Source: Felis catus (lineage: Eukaryota). Taken from it: 64,000 nt of DNA. The position numbers and the translations under genes were made by a program. How positions within the stretch are numbered: the stretch's first letter is position 1; each line of letters starts with the position of its first letter. The notes beneath the pieces were generated by a model, which was not told the DNA's origin, searched no databases, and worked only from the letters and a program-made list of their open reading frames with translations. The stretch is taken from contig NC_058369.1 in the NCBI RefSeq assembly GCF_018350175.1, positions 17,486,001 through 17,550,000 on the forward strand, given 5' to 3'. Below, piece by piece: positions 52,189-63,257 of the stretch.

Positions 52189-52633
52189 GGCGGCACCCGG
52201 CCTCCCAGGGCTCCCGCTCCCTCTTCCTCCGCCTCCGCCGCGCCCGCCCCGCCCCGCCGGCACCGGCCTCGGCCGCGCGGCCCGCCGCGGGCGCCCGCGG
52301 GTCAAACACAAACACGACCCCGCGGTTCAGGGACGCTACTGCCGCGGGTAAGCGGCGCGGACGGGAGGGTGTCTGGACCCGGCAGGCGCCAGTCACATGC
52401 ACGGGTGCTTCCCCCGCACCCCCGCGAGGCCGGCGGGCGGGCGGGCGCCGGCAACCTGAAGATTAAATCCAAACAAACGCCGCGGGTCGGGAAGGGAAAG
52501 CGGCCAGAGCCGCGAGGCAACGGCCAGGGTTCACACTTTCTTCGCTTTCCTCTCACCCCCTTGTCCAAACCGGGGTCACAGAGCACCAAGCGGACCTTCA
52601 CCTCCCTTCCGGACTGTCGCTGCGAGGAAAGCC

Positions 52634-52700
52634 TTTCGCGGTAATAGCTGCTCACTAGGGACCGCAGCTGCCCCGCCCCCCTTTCCTAGTTGGCGCCAAA
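52634..52700. promoter_or_regulatory. Two E2F motifs (TTTCGCGG 52634-52641; TTGGCGCCAAA 52690-52700)
   Basis: Match to TTTSSCGS; CDC25A is an established E2F target. Confidence 0.85.
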
Positions 52701-52709
52701 CGGAATCCA

Positions 52710-52832
52710 CCAATCAGTAAGCAACTTCTCCTCCTCGCTCCCGAATGGCAGCTAAGCTGGACCAATGAGAGGGGAAGAAGGAAGGAGCTCGCGGGGCTCT
52801 GCGAGGTCACCCGCTCTCCGAAAGGGGCGGGG
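52710..52832. promoter_or_regulatory. Two CCAAT (NF-Y) boxes (52710-52714, 52762-52766) and a GC box (52824-52832)
   Basis: ccaatca, ccaatga and ggggcgggg; typical cell-cycle promoter architecture. Confidence 0.75.
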
Positions 52833-52943
52833 CCTAGAGGAGACCGGAGCAGATCCTAATGAGAGGGGGCTCAGAGGTCAATGAAAACTCCCAGCGGAAC
52901 CTGCGAGGCGCGGAAAGCGCCGAGAGGCCCCTCTTGCCCCGTT

Positions 52944-52962
52944 GCATTCTGGGAAGCGTAGT
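52944..52962 (-). promoter_or_regulatory. ZNF143/THAP11-type SBS motif ACTACGCTTCCCAGAATGC
   Basis: Matches ACTACNNNTCCCAGNATGC. Confidence 0.75.
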
Positions 52963-55900
52963 TCCCACCCCGCGCTGGGATCCAGGCACCTCCTACGGGC
53001 TTCCGCACAAGGCCGGTAGTTCCGGCCCCGGCGCCCCGCATACCGAAGGGACGCGCGGGTTGGATAGGGCCGTCCTGGCCACTGGAGGCCAGGCCGGGCC
53101 CAGCCTCGGCTCTACCTATAACAACGGTACTGTGAGCTCTTCTCTTCAGCCCCCGGCCTCCAGGTCCCAATTTTGTAACGAGGGCAGGAACTGAATGTCC
53201 CAAGACTGGACTCTGCCTCCCCGAACTCCAGGCCCAGACAACGAAGCGCTAACGCTCCAGTGCAGCGGGTTGTTAGAGCCCCTGCGCGCAGTGCTGGCCA
53301 CAAACTGACCATACAAGACTTGAACCCCACAGTACAGGCTGCGGGACTCAGCATGCTTTGCTCACCTCCATTTTAAGCTCGTACTGTATTTTTCCAGAAT
53401 CAAATCCTTCTTCTCTACCCTTTCTTACCCTATTGGGAGCTCCTAGATAGCAATGCCGTAAATATAGTAACAGCTAACACTTACATAGTGCTTCTGTGCC
53501 AGACACTGTCCCAAGAGTTTTATCGGTATTCATTCATTTAATCCTTTCAACTCTGAGGGAGGAATTGTCCCCATTTTATAGGTGACCATATTTATTTTTA
53601 TATCCCCTGCATCAGTGGCAGGTCCTAGAATGAATGATTTTATAAGAGGGCCATAGGTACAGTGATCAGGCTGCAAAGAGAACTTGTCTGTAGACAGCAT
53701 GTTCAGAGCCAACGCTCTGCTTTACATTGTATATTTAATTTAGGTGTCTGGCGGAGATTATGACCCTTACCTCTGCTTAGGGCCAACCATTAAATTCATT
53801 AAATGAAGTGGTTTGTTTTTTTTCTTTTTTAAAAGTTTATTTTGAGAGAGCTAGAGAGAGTGTGAGCAGGGGAGGGGCAGAGAGAGGAATTGTCAGCGTC
53901 AGCACAGAGCTGGACTGACAAGGGGCTCTAACTCTTGAAACTGTAAGATCATGACCTGAGCCAAAATCAAGAGTCAGATGCTCAACCCACTGATCCACCC
54001 AGGCATCCCTAAATTGTTTCTTTAAAAAGCTTTTGCTTTCAAAGATGTGTACTATACAAATAATACAAAATAACTATAGCCTTAGAAAATACAGATAGCA
54101 CAATTTAAAATATCATGTGTAATTTTACCGCCATCAAAGACACAACTGTCAACATTTTAAGTTTTTTGCATGTTTGTGCATTGTAACTATACAATCCATA
54201 TTTGTTTCAGAGACAAAGGAATGGAAAGCTCCCCCTCCTTGTCTGAGCAGACATTGCCTGAATGAGATCAGCCCAAGTGGATTAACATACTGAAGAATTT
54301 CCACCAGCGAGTCCAAGTACTGGAATAAAAACATGATGTGTCAGAAATGTGAAATTGAAGCAAAAGGAAAAGCATAATAACGTCACCAAACCCTTTCCCC
54401 CATTCACGTCGGCATGTTCTCCAAAATCCAGGAGGAGCAGTAGGGGAAGGGAAGAAGCCTGCACTGAACTGACAGGTCTGAGTTCCAATATGATTCTGCT
54501 TTGAGGCAAGTCACTTTTTGCTCATTCGTTCAGTCTCTACTAAGAGCCTGCCAATTTGCCAGATCCAAACAGGGTCAGTGTTTCTCTGGACATTTGCCTG
54601 AAGTGTCCTTCTCACCTCCATTGTCACTTCAATCAGCAAACATCCACCCTTTCCAAGAAAGCTCTACTCTCAGACATCCTAACCGATATCTTCCCCTGGT
54701 ATCATCCACCATCCAGGCACCGTATGTTCACATTTGTTTCTGTGATTATTTAATCAGGTGTGTCTACCCAAATGACTATAAACTTAAAAGGATAGGGACT
54801 TTGCCTTCTTTCCCCCTTATAGTACCAGCCAGTGCTTGGCTCAGAGGACTTCTCAGTACATGCTATAAAGAAAAAGTGGGATCTCTGTGGGGGGGAAAAA
54901 TACAAAAGAAAAAGTATGAATGCTTTGAGTGTTTAAGAAGGGAATCTGATCTTATCTAGTATGTCCTTGAGGAAATATCCAGAAGGATAAGCCCTTAGGA
55001 GGTGGGAGAGAGTGTTCTGGGCAGAGGGATAGGCCCTAAGCAAAGGCTCTGAGGCTGGAAGGAGTCCCCTGTGCTTAGCAGAGAACAATGGGAGAAGAGG
55101 CTGAGGAAGGCCCAGACTCTGCAAGGGCTTGCAGAACTTGGACTTTATCTCAAAGGCTACGGGGTTTACATTTACATTAAAAAAAAATTTTTTTTTAAAC
55201 ATTTATTTATTTCAGAGAGCTAGAAATGCCCCTACGTTTGCATTTTAAGAAGATAACCCTGGCTGCAGAGTATGGAATTGATTTCAGAGCAGCAGTGGTA
55301 GAGCTGGGGAGACAAGTTTGGGGGGGATCACAAGGTCCTGCTGTGAGATGGTGGCAACTGGGGAGGAGGTGATGCAGAGGGGGAGAAGTGGGCCTCCTGA
55401 CAGAGGTGGTTCCTGACAGAGGTGGGCCACACTGTTTCTCTCAGTGAGATGTCCCAGCAGGGTTCCAGTCTCCTCCCTGCCACTCCTTGGCAACCACAGA
55501 AACTTGACTTTATTTATTTATTTTTAAATGTGTATTTATTTATTTTGGAGAGCGAAAGCGCATTGTGGGGGCTGGGGGGAGAGGACAGAGAGAGAGAAGA
55601 GAGAATCCTAAGCAGGGTCCGTGCTGTCAGCTCAGAGCCCAATTTGGGGCTCGAACTCACAAACTGTGAGATCATGATGTGATCTGAAACCAAGAGTCAG
55701 CCACTTAACAGAGGGAGTGACCCAAGCAGAAACTTGGCCTTTGAATCTGCATTAGGTATTGGAGTGCCCTATTCATTTTGTTTGGAGAAGGGATTTCCCT
55801 TGTTAGAAACAAACAGGAAGTCCAAATAATTTCCCATCAATTTATCAGACTTCATTTCTTTGGAAAAAGAAACATTCCTTTTCTGATTTAATGTTTTACA

Positions 55901-56699
55901 TGTGCCCATTCTCCTTTATCCCAACTGTACTGGTAGCAGGTTTGGGTTTATTTGCAGGAGCCCCCCAGAGGCTGGAAGGATTCAGTTTAAACTAAGAGGG
56001 AGGGTCAGAACTAACAGAGCTTTCCAAGGTGAAATGAGCTATTTAGGAGGCTGTATAACCAGTGTCTTAGATGCTGTCAGGTGAGGAGTACCTACAATCA
56101 GAGGTTCCCAAATTCTGGTTCTACATCACAATCATCTGGGGATTTATTTGTTGAGTAGATCATCCGTTTATATGGTCCAAATTCAAGTGGTGCCCAAAAA
56201 GGCCTAGAATAAATCTTCTTATCCCTGTCCCAGCTACCCTGTTTTCTTTCCTGTTGGTCACCACTGTGGCCAGGTTTTTTTTGTTTTGTTTTGTTTTGTT
56301 TTTGTACCTCCTGGAGTCTGTGTCTATGCTAACAAGTATATATTCTCCAAAATATACTTTTTAAAAAAATGTTTGTTTATTTTTGAGAGAGAAGAAAAAA
56401 ACATGAGCAGGGGAGGGGCAGAGAGAGAGAGAGAGAGAGAGAGACAGAATCTGAAGTAGGCTCCTTCTTCACTGCCAGCACAGAGCCTGACGTAGGGCTC
56501 AAACTCACGAACTGCAAGACCATGACCTGAGCTGAAGTCTGATGCTCAACTGACTGAACATTTCCTGCCTCTCCCATATACACTTTTGATTTTTCACAGA
56601 CAGTGATGTGTTATAAACATTGTCCTGAACATTGCTTTTTACTACTTTATATTATCTTGGAGTTGGTTCATTATTACAGAGAGTTCCTTATTTTTGTTT

Positions 56700-56910
56700 T
56701 TTTTTTTCAACGTTTATTTATTTTTGGGATAGAGAGAGACAGAGCATGAACAGGGGAGGGGCAGAGAGAGAGGGAGACACAGAATCGGAAACAGGCTCCA
56801 GGCTCTGAGCCATCAGCCCAGAGCCCGACGCGGGGCTCGAACTCCCAGACCGCGAGATCGTGACCTGGCTGAAGTCGGACGCTTAACCGACTGCGCCACC
56901 CAGGTGCCCC
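56700..56910 (-). mobile_element. Young SINEC_Fc-type SINE
   Basis: CpG-intact near-consensus copy; TSD atttttgttttttttt. Confidence 0.92.
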
Positions 56911-59900
56911 ATTTTTGTTTTTTTTTAATGGCCACCAGTTTGGGGAGCTTTTTTGAAAATACAGATCCTCTGGTCTCCCTTAGATATTTTGATTTTGCAG
57001 TTTCAGTGTGGGGCCCTGCCTGGAATCAGTACACTCAGAAAGCTCCCTGAATTGTTCCGATACACAGCCAGGTTGGGGAACCACTGAGCTATATGGATTT
57101 TAAGGACATTGAGGACCACACACATTATTTTAATACATAATTTGTATTTGTATTTGTACTGTGTTGTGGTGGGTAACAAGTTTTGCTGGATGATATTCTG
57201 AGCACAGGCCACGTCGTCCCATAGCTAGATGTTTGCTCCAAAATGACAGACTTTTCTAGCAGGAGCCCCTCCATTTTTTCATGGCTGCTTCCTGAACTGT
57301 TTCACCCACTCCTACTGCTTCTTCAGCTTTATTCCCAAGTTCCTGTCTCCAGTAGGAATCTCCCTCCTGAGTTCCAGCCCCTCATCTGAATCCACCTAGA
57401 ATGGCCCACTGGCAATTCAGCTCCACTCCCCTCAAGTTCACATCCCTTTCCTTTAAAACCTATTACCCTCCCCAGTGCCCTTGGCAGGAAATGGCACCAT
57501 CATCTTCTAGTTCTTCCTCCCCACTGTGCCCTGGTCTATCTGGACTCCCATCCCCTGGCCCCAAGTGATTTTGTAAATGCAAATCTGATCTCTTCCTCCC
57601 ACCCACTGCTCAAAACCCTTCCTGTACCTCCCATGTCACTTAAAGCAGGGGCTTCCATACATTTTAGACCCTTGGTCCAGAACACACATTGCAAAATGTT
57701 TCCATTGCATCATTTATTCATACTACATGCAATACAGCGATTTTCTATTTTATTTTATGTCACTTAAAAAAAAATCCTGGTTATGAGGATTAATGTCAAA
57801 ATGTTATGGTGGCCTACAACCTATAATTTGAAAAGCAACAGTGACAGGCTGAAGCCCAAAACCTGTGGCCCAGGACACCAGATCCTTTACTGTGAGGCAC
57901 CCTCCTCTCCTCCATCTCCTTTTTCCCTCACAAGCACCCCAGCGCTAGCCAGACACTATTTAGGCCTCGCTGCTATGGCAGATCCCAAGGTCCATGGTAC
58001 CCTCCCCTGCCCAGTAGCACTATTTCAAATATTTTCCTCCGTTAAATCTGAAAATTTTCTCCCCTCTGCTTCTGTTCAGGGCGCTTAATACTTGGTTCAG
58101 CATCCCTATTCTTGTATTCATGCCTTCAACAAATATTTATTTATTGCTTACTAGGACAAACCCAGGGTTTGAAATAAAATGCCGGCAATCTCTACCCTCA
58201 GGGGGCTTACAATAATGGGATCATCACCATGATAATTGTTGCCCTTGGTGCAGGGGTGGTAGGACCTGGAGGAGGGGAGGAGATGGAGATGGGGAAGGCT
58301 GGAGGAGGTGGGGCACTTCCCAAAGGAGATTAGAGCTGCTGCCGAAGCTGGAAGGCTGGCATAGTTCTTGGTGTAGGTCCCCGGAAAAGGGGAATTTGGG
58401 GTGGGGTGAGGTAGGGTGCTTTCTGAGGAGGAGGAGGAGCCCTCAGAAGCTAGGAGGTACAACAGCACTTCTTGGGAACTATTTCTGAGTTGCTCTAGCC
58501 AAGTCTTAGAATGGGCACAAGGGAGTGTTTGTGAGGGATCCAAGTGGGAGGAAGGAGTCAGTTCTTAGGACCTAGAGCTTGCCAAAGGGTTGGGCCTGTG
58601 GACAGTGGAGGGTGCAGATGGTGAGTGATAATGGGATCAGGGTGGGTCAGTGGGGAGAGTGGAGAAGCCTGCAAGGTGGGGGCTGTTCAAACAGTTCTGT
58701 TGAGAAAGGGTGATATCCTGAGCCAAGGCTGGGGCTTTAGCAATAGGAGGAAGGGAGTGACCTTGGGAAGGAGGTAGAGCTCATTGGATTTTGATAACTG
58801 AGAGTTGAGGGGGGAAGGGGGAGGAAGGAGTCTAGAATGATTCCTAGGTAATGACTTAAGCAACTGGGTGGATGGTAACTATTTCAACAATAGGCAGCAC
58901 AGTTCTTGGAGGAATTTGATGAGTTTCAATTTGTGCTTGTGTACTATATGGGCTTGGCACTCAGGAGAGAGATTTAGGGTTCATTAGCATGAGGATGATA
59001 AGTCCATTGAGGGTGTGCAAAGAGTGTTTTGGAAACCATGTCTTGGGAGCACCAGAGTTGAAGAACTGGGTGTGTAGCAGAGGAGGTCTGTGAAGGTGGG
59101 GCTGGGGAGGGAACCACAAGGGAGGGAGTGGCCAGTCCATGGTTGAGATGTGCCCTGAAGGGAGTCATGGAAGGTGGCCAAATGGAGTCTTGGTCATGTT
59201 GTGTGGGTGAGAAAGGTGGGAGGTAAGGAAGTAGCCACAGGAAGGCTCTGGGAAGGTAAGAGATGGCACAGAAGGTACAGTATGGCCCATAAGCACATCA
59301 AAGAGCACTTAAATGTCCAAGGCTTCATTATCATTTTAGCCCCAAGCACAGAACGACCCAAATGCCTACCAACAATAGAATGGGTAAATGGGGGTTCTCA
59401 CATACATCAATAAAAGGAAAGAACTACCCACAATATGGCTGAATCTCAGAATCCATATTGAACATAAGCCAGATGCAGAAGAGGGCATGCTGTTGATTCC
59501 ACTGATATACAATGTTGAAAAAATAGAAGTCCAGGGGCGCCTGGGTGGCTCCCTAGGTTAAGCGTCTGACTTTGGCTCAGGTCATGATCTCAGCGTTCTT
59601 GAGTTCAAGCCCCGCATTGGGCTCTGTGCTGACAGCTCAGAGCCTGGAGTCTGCTTCAGATTCTGTGTCTCCTTCTCTGCCCCTCCCCTGCTCACACTCT
59701 GTCTCTCTCTCTCTCCAAAATAAATAAATATTAAAAAATTAAACAAAAATAGAAATCCTGCTTTTTAATCTTTGGTGGTAGAAGTGAGGGTACTGGTTGT
59801 CTGGGGAGGAGGGGGTCTGGGGGGTAACTGGAAGGGGATGCAAGGAAAACTTTTGGGAACAGGTCAAATGGTTTCTTAAGCTGGGTGCTAGTAGCATGAA

Positions 59901-60016
59901 TGGGTTCACCCTGTGGCAATTCATTGAGCTGCATGCTCCTGATTTGTTCACTTTTCTGTGTAAATGGTATATATCGGTGAAATGTTTATTGTCAATAATA
60001 AAATTGTTATTAAATT

Positions 60017-60045
60017 ATATATATATATACGTGTATATATATATA

Positions 60046-60100
<55 letters not shown>
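60017..60100. repeat. (TA)n/(TG)n compound microsatellite
   Basis: Read directly. Confidence 0.97.
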
Positions 60101-60103
<3 letters not shown>

Positions 60104-61095
60104 CCTGGGTGGCTCAGTAGGTTAAGCATCTGACTCTTGGTTTCCGCTCAGGTCATGCTTTCATGGTTTCGTGGGTTCGGGCCCTGTTTTGGGCTCTGCA
60201 CTGGCAGCTCAGAGCCTGCTTGGGTTTCTATCTCTCTCCCTCTCCATCTGTCCCTCCCCCGCCTGTACTGTCTGTGTCTCTCTCAAAATAAATAAATGAA
60301 CTTAAAAAATTATATAAATAAATATAAAAATAGGAAATAAAACCTTCCCTTGATACACCACTTTCCCTTCCAGCTATATTCTTTCCCTTCACAGTTAAAC
60401 TAAAAAAAGGAGTCTGTAATTTCTCTCTTCCCATTTTGCCTTGAACCCACTCCAATCAGACATTCATCCTCTCCACTCTGTGAAAATGGCATATGGCAAG
60501 TTTTTCAGGGAATCTTCATTTTGCTGAATCTAGTGACCAACGCACGCGCCTTGTCTTATTTTGTCCAGAAACTGTCCATTACAACACTGGATACAGTTGA
60601 CTACTCCCTTCTAGAAACGTTTACTTCACTTGTTACAGGACACTATTCTCCAGATTTAACTCCTACCTCAAATTGCTCCTAAAAAGAGAGGCTCTAGAGA
60701 GGTCATGATAGAAGGAGCCATTTGGACCCTTAAGGGTGGGAACTGGGTGTAGAGAGAGTGCCTAGGGCCTCCTGGGTAAGCCAGAAGCTCTTACGCAGCC
60801 GCTGTGTGGAACCTGGCTAACGGTGATGAGGAGTAATGTGTGGAGAATGGATGAAGACTAAGAATATGAGTTTTACCGTGAAGGTAGCGGGTTTAGAAAG
60901 GGCCTCTGAGAAACTGTCATTCCTCTCGCCTTTCCCCATGGAAGATGGACTGGACTTATGGCTTGGTGGGAGTGGGGGCGGGGGGGGGGGGGCAGTGAGG
61001 CAGGTCCCTAGGGTCCTGTTTCTTTCCCGAAAAGGTTGAGGACTTGTTTTCTGCCACTCTTCTCCCCGGTGGGCATAGGCATAACACCCGAGGAA

Positions 61096-61111
61096 GCCGC
61101 CAGAGGGCGCT
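61096..61111 (+). promoter_or_regulatory. CTCF motif GCCGCCAGAGGGCGCT
   Basis: Near-perfect CTCF core consensus with CpGs retained. Confidence 0.75.
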
Positions 61112-61576
61112 TGTTTCCCAGGAGAATATTCTCTGGGAAAAAAATTGAGTGTTGCTGGCAAAAGAGGCAGCTATAATTAGAGCGACTTGGGCTGAAAGTT
61201 AAGCACGTGTGAAAGTCCAAATGCACCCCAATTGCTGGGGATTGTTTCCAGAGCCTTTGGAAAGGTGGGGCCTGCTCAGGGCCAGGAGCCCCAAACTTAT
61301 GTCGTTGGTCTCTCAGCTTGTCCTTTATCTTGTGTCAACCTCTTGACTACTCTTGATCTCAGTTTTACCCTCAAGGAAATGGGAGGGATGATTCCTGCTC
61401 AGCCTACCACACAGAGGCATTAGCAAGAGAGAACAAAGTAAATAGTGTGAATACTTTTCAGAAATTTGAAATGAAGTGTACTGGACAAAAGCAGGGAACT
61501 GCTGATCCTCTCTGTCCCCCTTCCTGCCCCTGTGCTAATGCTGAATGTGTGACAGTACAGTTGAAACCTCTTACAA

Positions 61577-62992
61577 GGGGTGCCTGGGTGGTTCTGTCGG
61601 TTAAGTGTCCGACTCTTGCTTCTGCTCAGGTCACCATCTTACGGTTTGTGAGATCAAGTCCCAGGGGTGGCACAGTGCAGAGCCTGCTTGGAATTCTCTC
61701 TCTTCTCTCTCTGCCCTTCTCCTGCGCTCTATCTCAAAATAAATAAATAAACTTTAAAAAACAACAACAGGGGTGCCTGGGTGGCTCAGTCGGTTAAGCA
61801 TCCGGCTTCAGCTCAGGTCATGATCTCGCGGTCTGTGGGTTCGAGCCCCGCATCGGGCTCTGTGCTGACAGCTCAGAGCCTGGAGCCTGTTTCAGATTCT
61901 ATGTCTCCCTCTTCCTCTGACCCTCCCCTGTTCATGCTCTCTCTCTCTCAGTCTCAAAAATGAATAAATGTTAAAAAACAACAACAAACAAAAAAAAAAC
62001 ACTTAAAAGCATAAAGTTGAACAAAAATCAAAATGGCTGCACTAATGCTTTAGCAAAGCTTCATTTTAATTTTTTTTTTAACATTTATTTATTGTTGAGA
62101 GACAGAGCACGAGCAGGGGAGGGGCAGAGAGAGAGGCAGGCACAGAATCTCTAGCAGGCTCCAGGCTCTGAGCTGTCAGCACAGAACCCAATGTGGGGCT
62201 TGATCCCAGGAACTGTGAGATCCCAGGAACTGTGAGATCCCAGGAACTGTGAGATCGTGACCTGAGCCAAAGTCAGAAGCTTAACTGACTGAGCCACCCA
62301 GGTGCCCCAGCAAAGCTTCATTCTATTTAAAAAAAAAAAAAATTTTTTTTTAATGTTTATTTATTTTTGAGAGAGACAGAGACAGAATGCAAGTGGGTTA
62401 GGGGCAGAGAGAGGGAGACACAGAATCCAAAGCAGGCTCCAGGCTCTGAGCCGTCAGCACAGAGCCCAATGTGGGGCTCGAACCCACAGAGCTGTGAGAT
62501 CATGACCTGAGCCAAAGTCAGGTGCTCAACCGACTGAGCCACCCAGGCACCCCAGCAAAGCTTCATTTTAAAGTAACCTTATCCTTCTCTTCTGCAGACC
62601 TCCCCTCCTCCCTTCTTGACCTTTTAAAATTTTATTTTATTTTATTTTATTTTATTTTATTTTATTTTATTTTATTTTATTTCATTTCATTTCATTACTT
62701 CATTTTATTTCATTTCATTTCAGTATTTATTTTGAGGTGGGTGGGCAGAGAGAGAGGGAGAGAGAATACCAAGCAGACTCTGGGGCTCGATCCCACGGAA
62801 TCGTGAGATCATGACCTGAGCCAAAACTAAGAGTCAGGCACCAACTGAGCCATCCAGGCACCCACCCCTGTTTTTAAGTTTTATTTACTTTCTTTGGTAA
62901 TCTCTACACCCAGTGTGGGGCTTGAACTCACAACCCTGAGATCAAGGGTCACATGCTCCACTGACTAAGCCAGCTAGGTACCCCCCTTCCTG
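61577..62992. mobile_element. Dense SINE cluster (about six copies), including an (ATTTT)n expanded tail at 62630-62720
   Basis: Two + strand copies followed by four - strand copies. Confidence 0.88.
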
Positions 62993-62998
62993 GCCTTT

Positions 62999-63257
62999 TG
63001 TTGCAGGAACTCCATCCTGAGGACATGACAAAGGAGGGTGGCAGCAGGTACACGATCCCAGTGGAAACTGGACAGATCCTGTATTTCCCTATAAACCCAG
63101 CCACTTCCTCTGGGCAGCCTTGCAGTTTTGAAGGCCTTAGCCTGCTGCAGCCTCCTTTGCCTGCCAAAGCAAAAAGCAGCTGTTCCTCTTTATCCCAAAC
63201 TTTGTCTCCATGTTTTGTATTTCGGCTCCAGAGCACAGAGATCATTTTTCAACAACA
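62999..63257 (+). mobile_element. Probable short solo LTR
   Basis: TGTTG...CAACA inverted termini and internal TATAAA; no clear TSD. Confidence 0.55.

Larger units (their letters stand above)
51700..53170. promoter_or_regulatory. CpG island / CDC25A promoter and first exon
   Basis: Very high GC and CpG density in an otherwise CpG-depleted window. Confidence 0.95.

Noticed and set aside
51688..52644. Long ORFs over the CpG island (318 aa +, 210 aa +, 233 aa -)
   Set aside because: Non-ATG starts and low-complexity Pro/Arg/Gly/Ala content. They are explained by stop-codon scarcity in GC-rich DNA overlapping CDC25A exon 1.
62204..62254. CRISPR-like repeat
   Set aside because: Tandem units with no spacers, inside a SINE in a mammalian genome.
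922..62806. Many ORFs with GAWVAQSV / LSLSLS / ERERER motifs, and tRNA-like A/B boxes
   Set aside because: All derive from carnivore SINEs; they are neither proteins nor genuine tRNA genes.
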